From an uncultured Spirochaetales bacterium (GTDB lineage: Bacteria > Desulfobacterota_D > UBA1144): a stretch of DNA of 64,000 bases. The stretch is from positions 14,258-78,257 of the forward strand of contig CAYTRR010000004.1 of NCBI GenBank assembly GCA_964440275.1, in the 5' to 3' direction. Under the pieces are notes generated by a model. That model was not told the origin of the DNA and ran no database searches. It was given only the letters and a program-made list of their open reading frames with translations. The translations under genes and the position numbers were made by a program. This document shows, one piece after another, positions 33,390 to 43,762 of this stretch (positions are counted from its first letter, which is position 1; every line of letters starts with the position of its first letter).

Positions 33390-35088
33390 AGAAAAAAAAC
33401 TTTTTATTTTTTTATTTTTTGTACCCTTAATTTTGTTCCTATCAATATTTGACTACAAAATACTGGATCCTAATTATTTAGATTGGTTCAAAGAAGATAC
33501 TTTTCAACATTGGCTTGGTTGGAGCTTTTTTAGAGAAACAAGTGTTTTTCAATTTCCCATTTTAAATAATTATGCTTTTGGAATGAACTCCTCGGGATCA
33601 TTAATCTTTTCGGATTCAATACCATTCCTTGCTTTATTGTTTAGACCATTTTCAGAATTTTTTGATTTTCATTTTCAATATTTTGGGTGGTGGATTCTTC
33701 TTTGTGTGTTTTTACAATTCATTATTTCATACAAAATTATAAACTTAGTAAGTACAAGCAAAATTTATAATCTTATAGCTGCATGTTTTTTTATTCTTTC
33801 ACCAGTTTTTCTATTTAGATACAATATGGGACATGAATCTTTAATGGCTCAATGGATAGTGTTAATTGCATTATATCTTTTCTTACAAAAGCCAAGGTCT
33901 CCAAACAAGTATTGGCTTTTATTAATATTGTTCTCTTTGTTAGTTCATGGCTATTTTTTTGCTATGTTGTCGATAATTTATTTTGTTGAAATGCTTAGGA
34001 ATTATTTTTTAGACAAGGCAAGATTAAAAAATATTCTATATAGTTTTGTTACATTACTTACTTCATCTTTTTTCCTAATGTATTTAATAGGCTATTTTAC
34101 AATAGATGATGTATTTCATGGAGGATATGGCGGATACAGATTAAATCTTTTATCAATATTCAATCCTTACGGTAGTCCTTTTGGTATAGAATCCCTAATC
34201 CCACAATTTTATTTTTTTGAAAAAACAAAAAATATTGGTGATTTTGAGGGTTTTAACTATTTAGGGGCTGGGATGATATTCATGCTAATAGTTCTGCTTT
34301 TTAATAAAATTATAAATTTTAATACAAATTCCATAGTAAAAAGTTTAAAAAACAATTACTTTACAATTCTTATTATTTTTATAATTACTATATATTCACT
34401 TTCCAATAAAATTGCACTAGGTCCTTATGAGATATTTCAATACAATCTTCCTGAAATCTTTAAAGTTTTTACTAGTCCTTTCCGTGCTTCTGGAAGAATG
34501 TTCTGGCCTGCTTATTATTTAATTTATATCTTAATACTTTTTAATATTTTTAAGAGTTTTCATGTCAAATATGCCATTTCGATTATTTTATTTTCATTGC
34601 TATTAACAACATATGATATTAAAGATCACATAACATTAACTAGAGCTTCAAAGGGAATAGAAATAAGCAAGATTGAGGAAAAAAATTTCAACAGTAATGA
34701 ATGGAAAATATTTGCTTCCAAATATAAACATATTAATTATGTTTTCCCCGTGCATGTTCCTCATAACTGGCAACAACTTTCATACTTTGCTGCCAAGAAT
34801 AAATTAAATATCAATGCTGGCTATTGGGCTCGTCACAATGAAATAGCAGAAAGAAAGTACACAGAAGAGACAAAAATAAGAATAGAATCTAACGTTTATG
34901 ATAAAAATACTTTGTATTTTTTTAATGATATAGATTATTGGATATTAGCAAAAGAAAAAAATGAATTAGGAAAAAATCTGGTAAAAGAATTTATAATTCA
35001 AAAATGCATTTTTGGTCAGAATGAATGCAATTTTAGAATATTAGCACCAAATTATTTAGAGAAACATGAAGATGCAATTACAAAATAA
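33382..35088 (+). CDS. DUF6311-like multi-TM protein, paralog 2 (start probably ATG 33382)
   Basis: DTFQHWLGW, SDSIP, FQYFG, GHESLMAQW, GDFEGFNYLG, FRASGRMFWP, NAGYWAR. Confidence 0.75.
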   Translation: MIKEKKLFIFLFFVPLILFLSIFDYKILDPNYLDWFKEDTFQHWLGWSFFRETSVFQFPILNNYAFGMNSSGSLIFSDSIPFLALLFRPFSEFFDFHFQYFGWWILLCVFLQFIISYKIINLVSTSKIYNLIAACFFILSPVFLFRYNMGHESLMAQWIVLIALYLFLQKPRSPNKYWLLLILFSLLVHGYFFAMLSIIYFVEMLRNYFLDKARLKNILYSFVTLLTSSFFLMYLIGYFTIDDVFHGGYGGYRLNLLSIFNPYGSPFGIESLIPQFYFFEKTKNIGDFEGFNYLGAGMIFMLIVLLFNKIINFNTNSIVKSLKNNYFTILIIFIITIYSLSNKIALGPYEIFQYNLPEIFKVFTSPFRASGRMFWPAYYLIYILILFNIFKSFHVKYAISIILFSLLLTTYDIKDHITLTRASKGIEISKIEEKNFNSNEWKIFASKYKHINYVFPVHVPHNWQQLSYFAAKNKLNINAGYWARHNEIAERKYTEETKIRIESNVYDKNTLYFFNDIDYWILAKEKNELGKNLVKEFIIQKCIFGQNECNFRILAPNYLEKHEDAITK

Positions 35089-36745
35089 TAAAACAATAGA
35101 GCTTTTTGGAATAGCCTTTCTTTCTTCGGTTGTTTTTTTCTTAACAACAGGTGGAGGAATAATAAATTTCAATAATGTTGATTGGCTTTTTGGTCCTACT
35201 GGGATAGTAACAGACTCTGAACAACATTATATTGCATGGCTTTTTTTTAAGAATTCTGAGTTACTTCAATTTCCATTATTTAAAAATTATGCCTATGGAA
35301 TGGAAATTAGTTCTAGTCTAATTCATTCTGACTCAGTTCCAATTATGGGCATTATTTTTAAAATATTTAAATCTTCGTTGCCATTTCATTTCCAATATTT
35401 CGGTCTCTGGATATATATATGTTTCGTCCTGCAAGGGATATTTTCTTATTTATTAGTAAGAAGATTTACATCCTCTTTCGTAATTTCAGCAATTTGCGTT
35501 GGATTCTTTTTAATATCCCCTATTTTCACTTATAGACTATTCTGGTCTCACGAAGCTCTTTTTGGGCAATGGATTCTTTTATTTGGCATTTATTTATACT
35601 TACAAAATTTTAATTTAAAAAAATGGCTGTTCCTAGCTTTTTTATCTTTATTGATTCATCCCTACTTTTTTGCTATGTCGACTGGTTTATTTTTAGCTTC
35701 CCTTATTAAAGAGTATAAATTAAAAAGAAAGAGTTCTTATCATTTACTCAAAGACTTTTTTTTGTTTTTATTTTTTGCTCTGTCTCTACAAGTACTATTT
35801 GGTTATTATGCAATTGGATTAAATTTCATGACTAGTGGTTACGACTTCTTTAAAGCAAACGCAAATGCTCTAATCGATCCTAGTCCTGGCTGGGGAATTA
35901 ATGCTTCAAGAATATTCCCTGATCTTTACACTCCTTCGCCGGATCAGAGTGGAGACTATGAAGGCTTTGCATTTTTGGGCATTGGCCCTATCCTGATACT
36001 GATTTATTTATCTTTTTGTTATTGCACCAACAAGCTGAAAACTAAAATCAATTTAGATGTAAAAATTCTTATTTATTTAGCTTTACTCTTTTTGATATAT
36101 TCATTATCAAACAAGATATCATTTGGCGAATACAGATTATTGTCTTTTGGTATACCGCCAATAATCGATCTTATTACAGAAACTTTTAGAGTTTCAGGTA
36201 GGTTTATATGGCCAGTTGTATATTTAATTTATTTAGGAATTTTAATCCTTCTTATTAAAAATACTAAACCACGTAATACTATCTATATTTTAGGTTTATG
36301 TTTAGTCTTACAAATCTGGGACATGTATCCTTATCATAATTATCTGAATAAAAAATTGGACAAACCTTCTATTTGGTACGGTGATTCTGCAAGTAAATCT
36401 AAATATATTTTAAATGATAAGAAATGGAACGAAGTCGGTAAAAAATATAAAAAACTTTACTATGTTTATCCTTACTATGCACCAGAAAATTTTGTAAAAC
36501 TTTCAATTTTTGCTGCAAAATATAAAATTAAAGTTAATTTCGGTTACTTTTCTAGAATAGACAAAAATAAAGCAGCAGAAATCAATAATAAGCTAGAAGA
36601 AGATATTATTAACAACAGATTAGAGTCTGATGCGCTTTACTATGTACATGATGAAAAAATCTTAAAGCTCGTAAAAGAAAATTCTGAAATTTACAATTTA
36701 ATAACAATAGAAGAAAAATTCTATTTTATTGCACCGGTTGAATAA
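35066..36745 (+). CDS. DUF6311-like multi-TM protein, paralog 3
   Basis: DSEQHYIAW, SDSVP, FQYFG, GDYEGFAFLG, FRVSGRFIWP, NFGYFSR. Confidence 0.75.
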   Translation: MKMQLQNNKTIELFGIAFLSSVVFFLTTGGGIINFNNVDWLFGPTGIVTDSEQHYIAWLFFKNSELLQFPLFKNYAYGMEISSSLIHSDSVPIMGIIFKIFKSSLPFHFQYFGLWIYICFVLQGIFSYLLVRRFTSSFVISAICVGFFLISPIFTYRLFWSHEALFGQWILLFGIYLYLQNFNLKKWLFLAFLSLLIHPYFFAMSTGLFLASLIKEYKLKRKSSYHLLKDFFLFLFFALSLQVLFGYYAIGLNFMTSGYDFFKANANALIDPSPGWGINASRIFPDLYTPSPDQSGDYEGFAFLGIGPILILIYLSFCYCTNKLKTKINLDVKILIYLALLFLIYSLSNKISFGEYRLLSFGIPPIIDLITETFRVSGRFIWPVVYLIYLGILILLIKNTKPRNTIYILGLCLVLQIWDMYPYHNYLNKKLDKPSIWYGDSASKSKYILNDKKWNEVGKKYKKLYYVYPYYAPENFVKLSIFAAKYKIKVNFGYFSRIDKNKAAEINNKLEEDIINNRLESDALYYVHDEKILKLVKENSEIYNLITIEEKFYFIAPVE

Positions 36746-36753
36746 TATGATGT

Positions 36754-37689
36754 TTATTTTCTCGTTATCTTATACCTAATATTGTACAATGGCTTTTTTT
36801 CTACATTCTGTAAAACACGAACTTGATACTCTCCAACTAATGAAATTCCAAGAATTATAATTCCTGAGAAAAAAAGGATTGAAACGAAAATAGCCGTTGT
36901 TCCAGGGACTATGTAGTTTTCAGTGAATAATTTAATATAAAGGGTGTAAAGTCCAAAGATAAAGCTTGAAATAGACAAAATAACACCTGTAAAGGCATAG
37001 AACCTTAATAAGATGGAAGTGTTATTTATGAACAAGGAACTTGCTAATCTAATTAACATTGACAAAGTCCATTGAGATGTCCCTTCACTTCTTGTGCCTT
37101 GGACAACCTCTGCCGATCCAATCTTTTTTGTAGAAACAACAGACATAATACTAATATTTGGATACAACGTATTGAAATTTAAAACTATTTCTCCTAATTC
37201 TTTTGTCATTAACCAAAAAGCACTTCTTTTAGTACCCTTAGGGTACTTTAAAGCCAGTCTCTCTATGTATGAATAAATCGCACTAAACATTCTTTTAATC
37301 AAACCGTGGGTCTTTGTCTTGAATAGTCCAAATACAATATCGTTATCTTTTAAATTATTTATAAGGTTAGGAATATCTTCAGGTCTATGCTCAAGATCTC
37401 CATCTAAAGTTATTAAGTATTTGCCAGTAGCATTTTTGATTCCACATAAAATTGCACTTTGTTGCCCCGAATTAGTAAACAATGAGATAATAGTAATTTT
37501 TTCAGGGTAGATTATTTGGAGTTGTTTCATCTTTTCAAGAGTTTCTGTTTTTTCTGAACCATCATCAACAAAAATAATTTCATAAGTTTCATTGATTGAT
37601 GAAAAAGTCTGGTCTATTCTTTTTACCAGTTCTGGCAAGGAAGTTACTAAGTTATAAACAGGAATTATTAAGGAATAATTTGGCTCCAT
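36754..37689 (-). CDS. GT2 glycosyltransferase, GtrB/ArnC-like (two C-terminal TMs)
   Basis: IIPVYN, VDDGS, NSGQQSA, LDGDLEH, GEYQVR..KKPLY. Confidence 0.9.
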   Translation of the reverse strand: MEPNYSLIIPVYNLVTSLPELVKRIDQTFSSINETYEIIFVDDGSEKTETLEKMKQLQIIYPEKITIISLFTNSGQQSAILCGIKNATGKYLITLDGDLEHRPEDIPNLINNLKDNDIVFGLFKTKTHGLIKRMFSAIYSYIERLALKYPKGTKRSAFWLMTKELGEIVLNFNTLYPNISIMSVVSTKKIGSAEVVQGTRSEGTSQWTLSMLIRLASSLFINNTSILLRFYAFTGVILSISSFIFGLYTLYIKLFTENYIVPGTTAIFVSILFFSGIIILGISLVGEYQVRVLQNVEKKPLYNIRYKITRK

Positions 37690-37743
37690 ATAAGTATATT
37701 ATCATACAATATTTATTAATTAATTGTGTTAAAATCATGTCTT

Positions 37744-38418
37744 ATGGACAGCCCAATTTTGATTTATGGTGGTGGATCTTTATGTAGATTAGTAGAGTCG
37801 ATGATTGCTGACTCTGGCAATGAAGATATTTATATATATGACTCAAACATAGATTCTTATCCACATAAAACCAATGGTACCTTCAGTAATCAAACATCAG
37901 ACTTAAAAGATTTTATTAGCAAATCTAAATCATTTGTTGTGGCAATTGGAAACGAATATGGTTTTGCACGTTATCAAATTGCAAAAATGCTTGAAAATAA
38001 TTATGGCCTTAAGCCAATTAACTTAATTTCAGAAAATGCGTTTATTGATGAAAATATACAAATTGGCGTTGGTAACATTTTTATGCCTGGAGCAACCATA
38101 AACAGATTTGTCCAGATAGGTGATTATAATATTTTTGGTCTAGGATCAAAGGTTGAACATGAAACAAGTATTAAAAATGGAGTACATGTAATGGGTGCGG
38201 CTCTTTTAAATGGTAGAGTCAAAATTATGGACTATGCAACAATTGGATCAGGCTCTATCGTTTTTCCTGATATAACAATTAGTGAAAATGTATTTGTTGG
38301 AGCTTGCTCGATGGTGAACGAAGATATTGCAGAGAATAGCGTGGTTGTTGGAACTCCTTCAAAGTTTTTAAAGAAAAATGAACGAATTGTTGATTTAAGT
38401 CCATTCGAAGAAATATAG
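37744..38418 (+). CDS. Left-handed beta-helix sugar acetyltransferase, PglD/NeuD family (start probably ATG 37744)
   Basis: IYGGG, VAIGN, catalytic EH, hexapeptide repeats, VGTP. Confidence 0.87.
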   Translation: MDSPILIYGGGSLCRLVESMIADSGNEDIYIYDSNIDSYPHKTNGTFSNQTSDLKDFISKSKSFVVAIGNEYGFARYQIAKMLENNYGLKPINLISENAFIDENIQIGVGNIFMPGATINRFVQIGDYNIFGLGSKVEHETSIKNGVHVMGAALLNGRVKIMDYATIGSGSIVFPDITISENVFVGACSMVNEDIAENSVVVGTPSKFLKKNERIVDLSPFEEI

Positions 38419-38434
38419 AAAAGGATTAAAATAA

Positions 38435-39748
38435 TTGGAGATTGTAAATAAATTAATAAATTTAAAAGTTAAGATAGCATCATTTTTCTTTGGTTTATCT
38501 GAATATAGTTTTATTAGAGATGGTATAAGATTTTTTAGTTTTACCAATCAACCAAGAACTAATTTAATATTGTTTCTAATTTTGAATTTAGTTGTTTTCT
38601 TTTTCCTTTTTCAGGATGCAATTAATTTAACAAATTTTTTCTTTACTCACACTTTAAGTTGGGATTCCTATGTTTATTATTGTGGATCAAATATGCTGAT
38701 GATGGGAGAAGATCCATATGATTATGTCCTTCTAAGAGAATGCTTACCGGGAAGTTGGAATTTCTATTATAATATGCCTCCCACTCTTCTTTATATATAT
38801 TATTTCCCAGCCAAATTAAATATCGATACATTTATTTTATTTATAACAATGATAAATACGTTTCTCATTGTTATCACATTAAGAAGATTTTTTAAATCTT
38901 TTTCGTTTAAAAATAACTTTCAGAAATTTATTTTTGTAATACTTGCTTTAACGGTCTGGGATGGTTCCGCATCAATAGCTTTCTATACTGGCAACATGGG
39001 TTTTACCGTATCTCTTCTATATCTTTATTTGTTACTAGATTTACGTGAAGGTAATCAAACTAAGTTTTTAACATTTATTTTTATTGCAACTTTGATAAAG
39101 CCAATCTACATTATTTTTTTAGGTTCAATCTTTTTTTACAATAAATCTCTTTTGAAATCAGTTAAAAATTCATTAATTGTTATTTTTTTTATATCTCTTG
39201 CTTATGCCGCTCAATTTGTACTTGATCAAAAAAATTCTATAGGTTTCTTAGAAAATTTGCAAAATTTAGCAAATTCGTCTGATATGGGTTTTGGTTTTTT
39301 AAAGACTTTAGCTTCAGTTAAATCAGTAGAGTACTTGAGTCTATCTAAAACAATGTACCTAGAAATCTCCTTAATTTTATCTATTATAACTTTTTTTGTT
39401 TGTTTGTACTTCTATAAGCGTAATGAAGAAAAAATAAAACCATTGAGAAGCTTGCTAGTTCCAATAATAATTTTAATTTGTTTCCCTAGAATAAAAGTTT
39501 ATGATGCTGTTTTTGCTTTAAGCAGTATTTGCTATCTGCCTATATTAATGGATATTAAGCTACAAGAAAAGAAAATATTAAATCCTCAAATTGTATTGTG
39601 TGTGAAGATATTAATGTTTTTTGCAATAATATATAACGTATTTATTTACAGCCAGTGGGAAGCTGTACATTTCTTCTTTTTGCCTATTTTATCTATACTG
39701 GTCATATTTCATTTATCTAATCAAATAGATTATAAATTACATCCCTGA
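38435..39748 (+). CDS. Multi-TM GT87/DUF2029-like (GT-C) protein, paralog 3; start uncertain
   Basis: WDSYVYYCG..EDPY, MPP, TGN, IKP, SDMGFG, CFPRIKVYD. Confidence 0.65.
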   Translation: MEIVNKLINLKVKIASFFFGLSEYSFIRDGIRFFSFTNQPRTNLILFLILNLVVFFFLFQDAINLTNFFFTHTLSWDSYVYYCGSNMLMMGEDPYDYVLLRECLPGSWNFYYNMPPTLLYIYYFPAKLNIDTFILFITMINTFLIVITLRRFFKSFSFKNNFQKFIFVILALTVWDGSASIAFYTGNMGFTVSLLYLYLLLDLREGNQTKFLTFIFIATLIKPIYIIFLGSIFFYNKSLLKSVKNSLIVIFFISLAYAAQFVLDQKNSIGFLENLQNLANSSDMGFGFLKTLASVKSVEYLSLSKTMYLEISLILSIITFFVCLYFYKRNEEKIKPLRSLLVPIIILICFPRIKVYDAVFALSSICYLPILMDIKLQEKKILNPQIVLCVKILMFFAIIYNVFIYSQWEAVHFFFLPILSILVIFHLSNQIDYKLHP

Positions 39749-40921
39749 TTTATAGCTAACTACACATTGACCACTTTTATTCTTATCAGCAAAACGGATT
39801 TCATATTTACCTGATCCAAAATCTAATTTCACGTTGTTGTTTTTAAATCTTTTATTTGCTGGAACCACATAATGTAAATTTGCCATTAGGTCTTTACATG
39901 TTCCATCAAAAAACATTTTACCCTTCTTTAGGACATATATAGTTCCATCTTTATGAAAATTGGCAACTAGATCCTTATCGTTATATTTACAATTTTTAGG
40001 ATCTGACAATCGGAGCTTAGATGAATAAAAAGACCTCATTGCAGAACAAAAAAGGCTGTATCTTGTTCTTTTTCTATCTTTAAAATTCAAAAAAGGGTTG
40101 GACGAAAAATCTAATTTAAATTCACTAAAGACTTGTTTAATACTTTGTTGTTCATAGTCATAATCAAAATCAACTAGTCTGCTATTGTAAACCTTAGTGA
40201 TTTTTGATTTGGAAGTTGGATAGCCCAGTGTCGAGATTCTTATAGTTTCACAGTCGCCCATTTTTGCAAAACCAGATGTCCTGCTGGGATATACATCATT
40301 TTCAATGATCGTATATTTACGCCAATCATACCAAGATGCATCATATCGAGTACCAACGTCTTTACAGTAAACGTAAAAATGTCTACTTTGTGCAAATTTT
40401 GAATTTATAAAAGGGTAATCAAAAACTAATGGCAAAACGAAATTGAATAGCGATTTAAAATTTCTTTCTTGTAATTTTAAGCCTAAAGCTCGCAACTTGT
40501 AAAAATGAAATTCTGAAGGTGTTTTATTAATTTCGGATTTATTTATTATAAATGCTGGCTTAAAATAATTGCTTATAGATTTTAAGTTAGACTTATTAAT
40601 TGTAAATAAAGATGGGATAGTATAGACGTATAGCTTCTTAGGTGTAGCTTTGATAGCAACTGTGTAATTATTTATTATTGATTCATCTAGCTGTTCTTTT
40701 AAGGGTAGCGAGACCTGTTTTATATCTCGTATAATTGGTTTTGTCGATTTGATAATTTCATCAACATAATGATTGTCTATTTGAGTAAATTCATCTTGAT
40801 TTATAAGTACTACGTCAATTTGTACGGGAATCTTGACTATTCTGTCTACAAAAATAAAAATAAAGGCTATAAAAATCGCTATCGAAACATTAACAAGTAG
40901 TTCTGTATCAAACTTCATCAT
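39737..40921 (-). CDS. Hypothetical protein with an N-terminal membrane anchor
   Basis: 394-aa ORF, one hydrophobic N-terminal segment, several Cys, no recognised motif. Confidence 0.6.
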   Translation of the reverse strand: MMKFDTELLVNVSIAIFIAFIFIFVDRIVKIPVQIDVVLINQDEFTQIDNHYVDEIIKSTKPIIRDIKQVSLPLKEQLDESIINNYTVAIKATPKKLYVYTIPSLFTINKSNLKSISNYFKPAFIINKSEINKTPSEFHFYKLRALGLKLQERNFKSLFNFVLPLVFDYPFINSKFAQSRHFYVYCKDVGTRYDASWYDWRKYTIIENDVYPSRTSGFAKMGDCETIRISTLGYPTSKSKITKVYNSRLVDFDYDYEQQSIKQVFSEFKLDFSSNPFLNFKDRKRTRYSLFCSAMRSFYSSKLRLSDPKNCKYNDKDLVANFHKDGTIYVLKKGKMFFDGTCKDLMANLHYVVPANKRFKNNNVKLDFGSGKYEIRFADKNKSGQCVVSYKSGM

Positions 40922-41008
40922 TTGTAATCTAAATTAAATGACCCAGAATAGCAAATTCAATAGTATTTTAGAATTGAAAAATCTTTAATTCAAAATATCA
41001 TATAGTTA

Positions 41009-41932
41009 ATGGATAAAGTAACTGTCATATCACCTTTGTATAAATCTGAAAAATACGTCACGGAACTGTATCAAAGACTATCACAAACATTAAACGATTT
41101 AGATTTAGAGTATGAAATAATTTTTGTTGATGATTGCTATGGCGATAGATCATTGGAAATTGCAAGAAACATTTTAAAAAACGATAAAAAGATTAAAATA
41201 ATAAAACTATCAAGAAATTTTGGTCAACATGCGGCTATTAATGCTGGAATAAATAATGCTGATGGCGATTGGCTTGTTGTTATAGACTCTGATTTACAAG
41301 ACTCTCCGGAGGAAATAAAGAATTTATATAAAAAAGCAAAAGAGGGATACGACATAGTTTTAGCTAAAAGATTGAACAGAAAAGATTCTTTCATAAAAAA
41401 ATCAACATCTTTTGTTTTCTCAAAAATTGCTTCGTATATGTCTGGCTTTGAGATTGACTATAGAACATCTAATTATGGCATTTATAGTAAAAGAGTTATT
41501 GAAAATTATAAATCTCTACCTGAATCTAAATTGTTTTTTCCATTCATAGTCCAATGGCTAGGCTTTCCTAAATCTGCTATTGAAGTTGAACATTCTGAAA
41601 GACTACATGATAAGTCTTCATATAGGATCTCAAAGCTTTTAAACCTTGCGTTTGATTCAATTCTGTACTCATCCACCAAGCCTCTTTTGACAACAATAAA
41701 AATTGGCCTATTTATCTCTGCATTAAGTTTTATCTATTCTGGGTACATAATATTCAAGAAATTTGCTTACGGTATCCCAGTCTTGGGGTGGGCAAGTACA
41801 ACTGCATCAATATGGTTTTTATCTGGATTAGTTATAACTGTAATTGGCGTTGTTGGAGCTTATGTTGGAAAGGTCTTTGAAGAAACAAAGAAAAGACCTA
41901 TGTATATAATAGAAGATATATATAAAGATTAA
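41009..41932 (+). CDS. GT2 glycosyltransferase, GtrB/ArnC-like (two C-terminal TMs)
   Basis: VDD, SRNFGQHAA, IDSDLQDSPE, GAYVGKVFEETKKRPMY. Confidence 0.92.
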   Translation: MDKVTVISPLYKSEKYVTELYQRLSQTLNDLDLEYEIIFVDDCYGDRSLEIARNILKNDKKIKIIKLSRNFGQHAAINAGINNADGDWLVVIDSDLQDSPEEIKNLYKKAKEGYDIVLAKRLNRKDSFIKKSTSFVFSKIASYMSGFEIDYRTSNYGIYSKRVIENYKSLPESKLFFPFIVQWLGFPKSAIEVEHSERLHDKSSYRISKLLNLAFDSILYSSTKPLLTTIKIGLFISALSFIYSGYIIFKKFAYGIPVLGWASTTASIWFLSGLVITVIGVVGAYVGKVFEETKKRPMYIIEDIYKD

Positions 41933-41936
41933 GGGC

Positions 41937-42545
41937 TCACAATAGTAAATCTATATTTTTTGTTGATACAATATGCTTATATGGAATTCTAAGTAATGAA
42001 TCTGTTATTTGAAAATTAAAACCTTTTAATATTTTCTTGTGTTTACTCTCATCTCTAACATACTGTCCGCCATCATTTTTCATTAAAAAATAGGAAAAGA
42101 AATCTTGGTTTTTAGTTATTACCGGATCCTTACAGAAAACAGAATGAGTGCCAATCAGTGCAATCTTAGATAAAAGATTAATCACTTGCTCATCATCTAA
42201 ATGATGAATAACTCCATCTAAGATTATAAGTGTTTTTCTTTCCTCAAAAATTAATGAATCAAGACTAGTGCATTCGAATCGAAAATGAGGGTATCTAATC
42301 TTAGCTTTTTCAATATGATTACTATTCATATCAACGCCAACGTAGTTAATACCTTTGTTTAAATATTCGGCAAGGGGAGCATCTCCGCATCCAAGATCAT
42401 AAACAATATATTCATCGAATTCATTTTGAATAATCTCTGAAAGTTTTCTGTAAATATTGTAATAAGATTGAGGTATTAATAGATTTTGAAAAAATCTATA
42501 AAAAAAAGTATTACCCAGAATTAATTGTTTAATTTTTTCTATCAT
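41937..42545 (-). CDS. Class I SAM-dependent methyltransferase
   Basis: DLGCG, YVGVD, GVIHHL. Confidence 0.85.
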   Translation of the reverse strand: MIEKIKQLILGNTFFYRFFQNLLIPQSYYNIYRKLSEIIQNEFDEYIVYDLGCGDAPLAEYLNKGINYVGVDMNSNHIEKAKIRYPHFRFECTSLDSLIFEERKTLIILDGVIHHLDDEQVINLLSKIALIGTHSVFCKDPVITKNQDFFSYFLMKNDGGQYVRDESKHKKILKGFNFQITDSLLRIPYKHIVSTKNIDLLL

Positions 42546-43677
42546 TATTAAAAAAAGACTTGATATTGTTCACAACGTATTTCACTTGTGATATTTTCAT
42601 ACCATGGAAAATTGGCAATCTTAATGAGCATGTGCTTATCTTATGGGCGTTTTCAATTTTTACATAAAATTTTCCAAACTTCTTTCCTGCTTTACTGTTG
42701 TGCAGTGGAACATAATGTGTTGCTGTCGAAACACCCTTATTGTTTAAATATTGTTTCAAATTGTCCCTTTGGGCCTTATTTTTAAGCATAATATAGTAAA
42801 TGTGTGCATTGTGTTTCTGATTTTTATTAATCACTGGTCTTTTTAAAAATTTCATTTCTTCCAAATCTTTCATTGATTCATGATAAAGTTTCCATATTCG
42901 CAATCTGGGATTGTGTATATCCGCTATGTTCTTTAATTGATAAAATAAAAAAGCAGCTTGAAATTCGCTAGCTAAATAGGAGCTGCCTTTGTCTATCCAA
43001 GAATATTTATCAACTTCTCCTCTTATGAATTGTCTTCTATTAGTACCTTTATCTTTAACCACGTAAGCTCTATCCAAAAACTCCTTGTTGTTTATGCAGA
43101 GCATTCCTCCTTCACCACATGTAATATTCTTTGTTTCATGAAAACTAAAAACACTCATATCCCCAAAACTTCCAAGGGGTTTTTCTCTGTAATAAGAGTC
43201 TATACCTTGAGCAGAATCTTCGATAACAATAATATTGTTTTTCTTAGCAATTTTTTTTATTTTATTCATTTCGCAACCTTTACCAGCATAATGCATTGGC
43301 ATAATCACTTTCGTTTTTCGTGTAATCGATTTTTCAATATCGTTGGCATGAAGGTTGAAATCGTTTGTGGAGCTATCAACAAAAACCGGAACTCCTCCGT
43401 GCATAAGCACAGCGGTAGCGCAAGAAGAGAAAGTATACGATGGTAAAACGACTTCATCATTAGGTTTTATATTTGCTAACATTAGTGCCATCTCAAGGGC
43501 AGAAGTACATGATGGTAGAAGGAAAGAGTCGAGACATTTTATTTTTTTATTAAACCAATCAGAGCATTTTTTATTAAAAGTTCCTGAGCCGGAATAGCAC
43601 CCTGAATTAATCGCTTCTCGTATGTACTTATTCTCTCCACCTAAATAAGTAGGTCTGTTGAATGGTATCATTTTCAT
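42529..43677 (-). CDS. wecE: dTDP-4-amino-4,6-dideoxygalactose transaminase
   Basis: IPFNRP, SCTSALEM, FSFHETKN..GEGG, KGTNR..F.RGEVDKYSW..GSSY, HYVPLH. Confidence 0.92.
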   Translation of the reverse strand: MKMIPFNRPTYLGGENKYIREAINSGCYSGSGTFNKKCSDWFNKKIKCLDSFLLPSCTSALEMALMLANIKPNDEVVLPSYTFSSCATAVLMHGGVPVFVDSSTNDFNLHANDIEKSITRKTKVIMPMHYAGKGCEMNKIKKIAKKNNIIVIEDSAQGIDSYYREKPLGSFGDMSVFSFHETKNITCGEGGMLCINNKEFLDRAYVVKDKGTNRRQFIRGEVDKYSWIDKGSSYLASEFQAAFLFYQLKNIADIHNPRLRIWKLYHESMKDLEEMKFLKRPVINKNQKHNAHIYYIMLKNKAQRDNLKQYLNNKGVSTATHYVPLHNSKAGKKFGKFYVKIENAHKISTCSLRLPIFHGMKISQVKYVVNNIKSFFNNDRKN

Positions 43678-43762
43678 ATTAGACTATAACAACTATCATA
43701 AACTATAGAGATTTCTTTTATCAAGCTTATTTTTAAATGTATAATCTATTTCTAGAGAAAAT

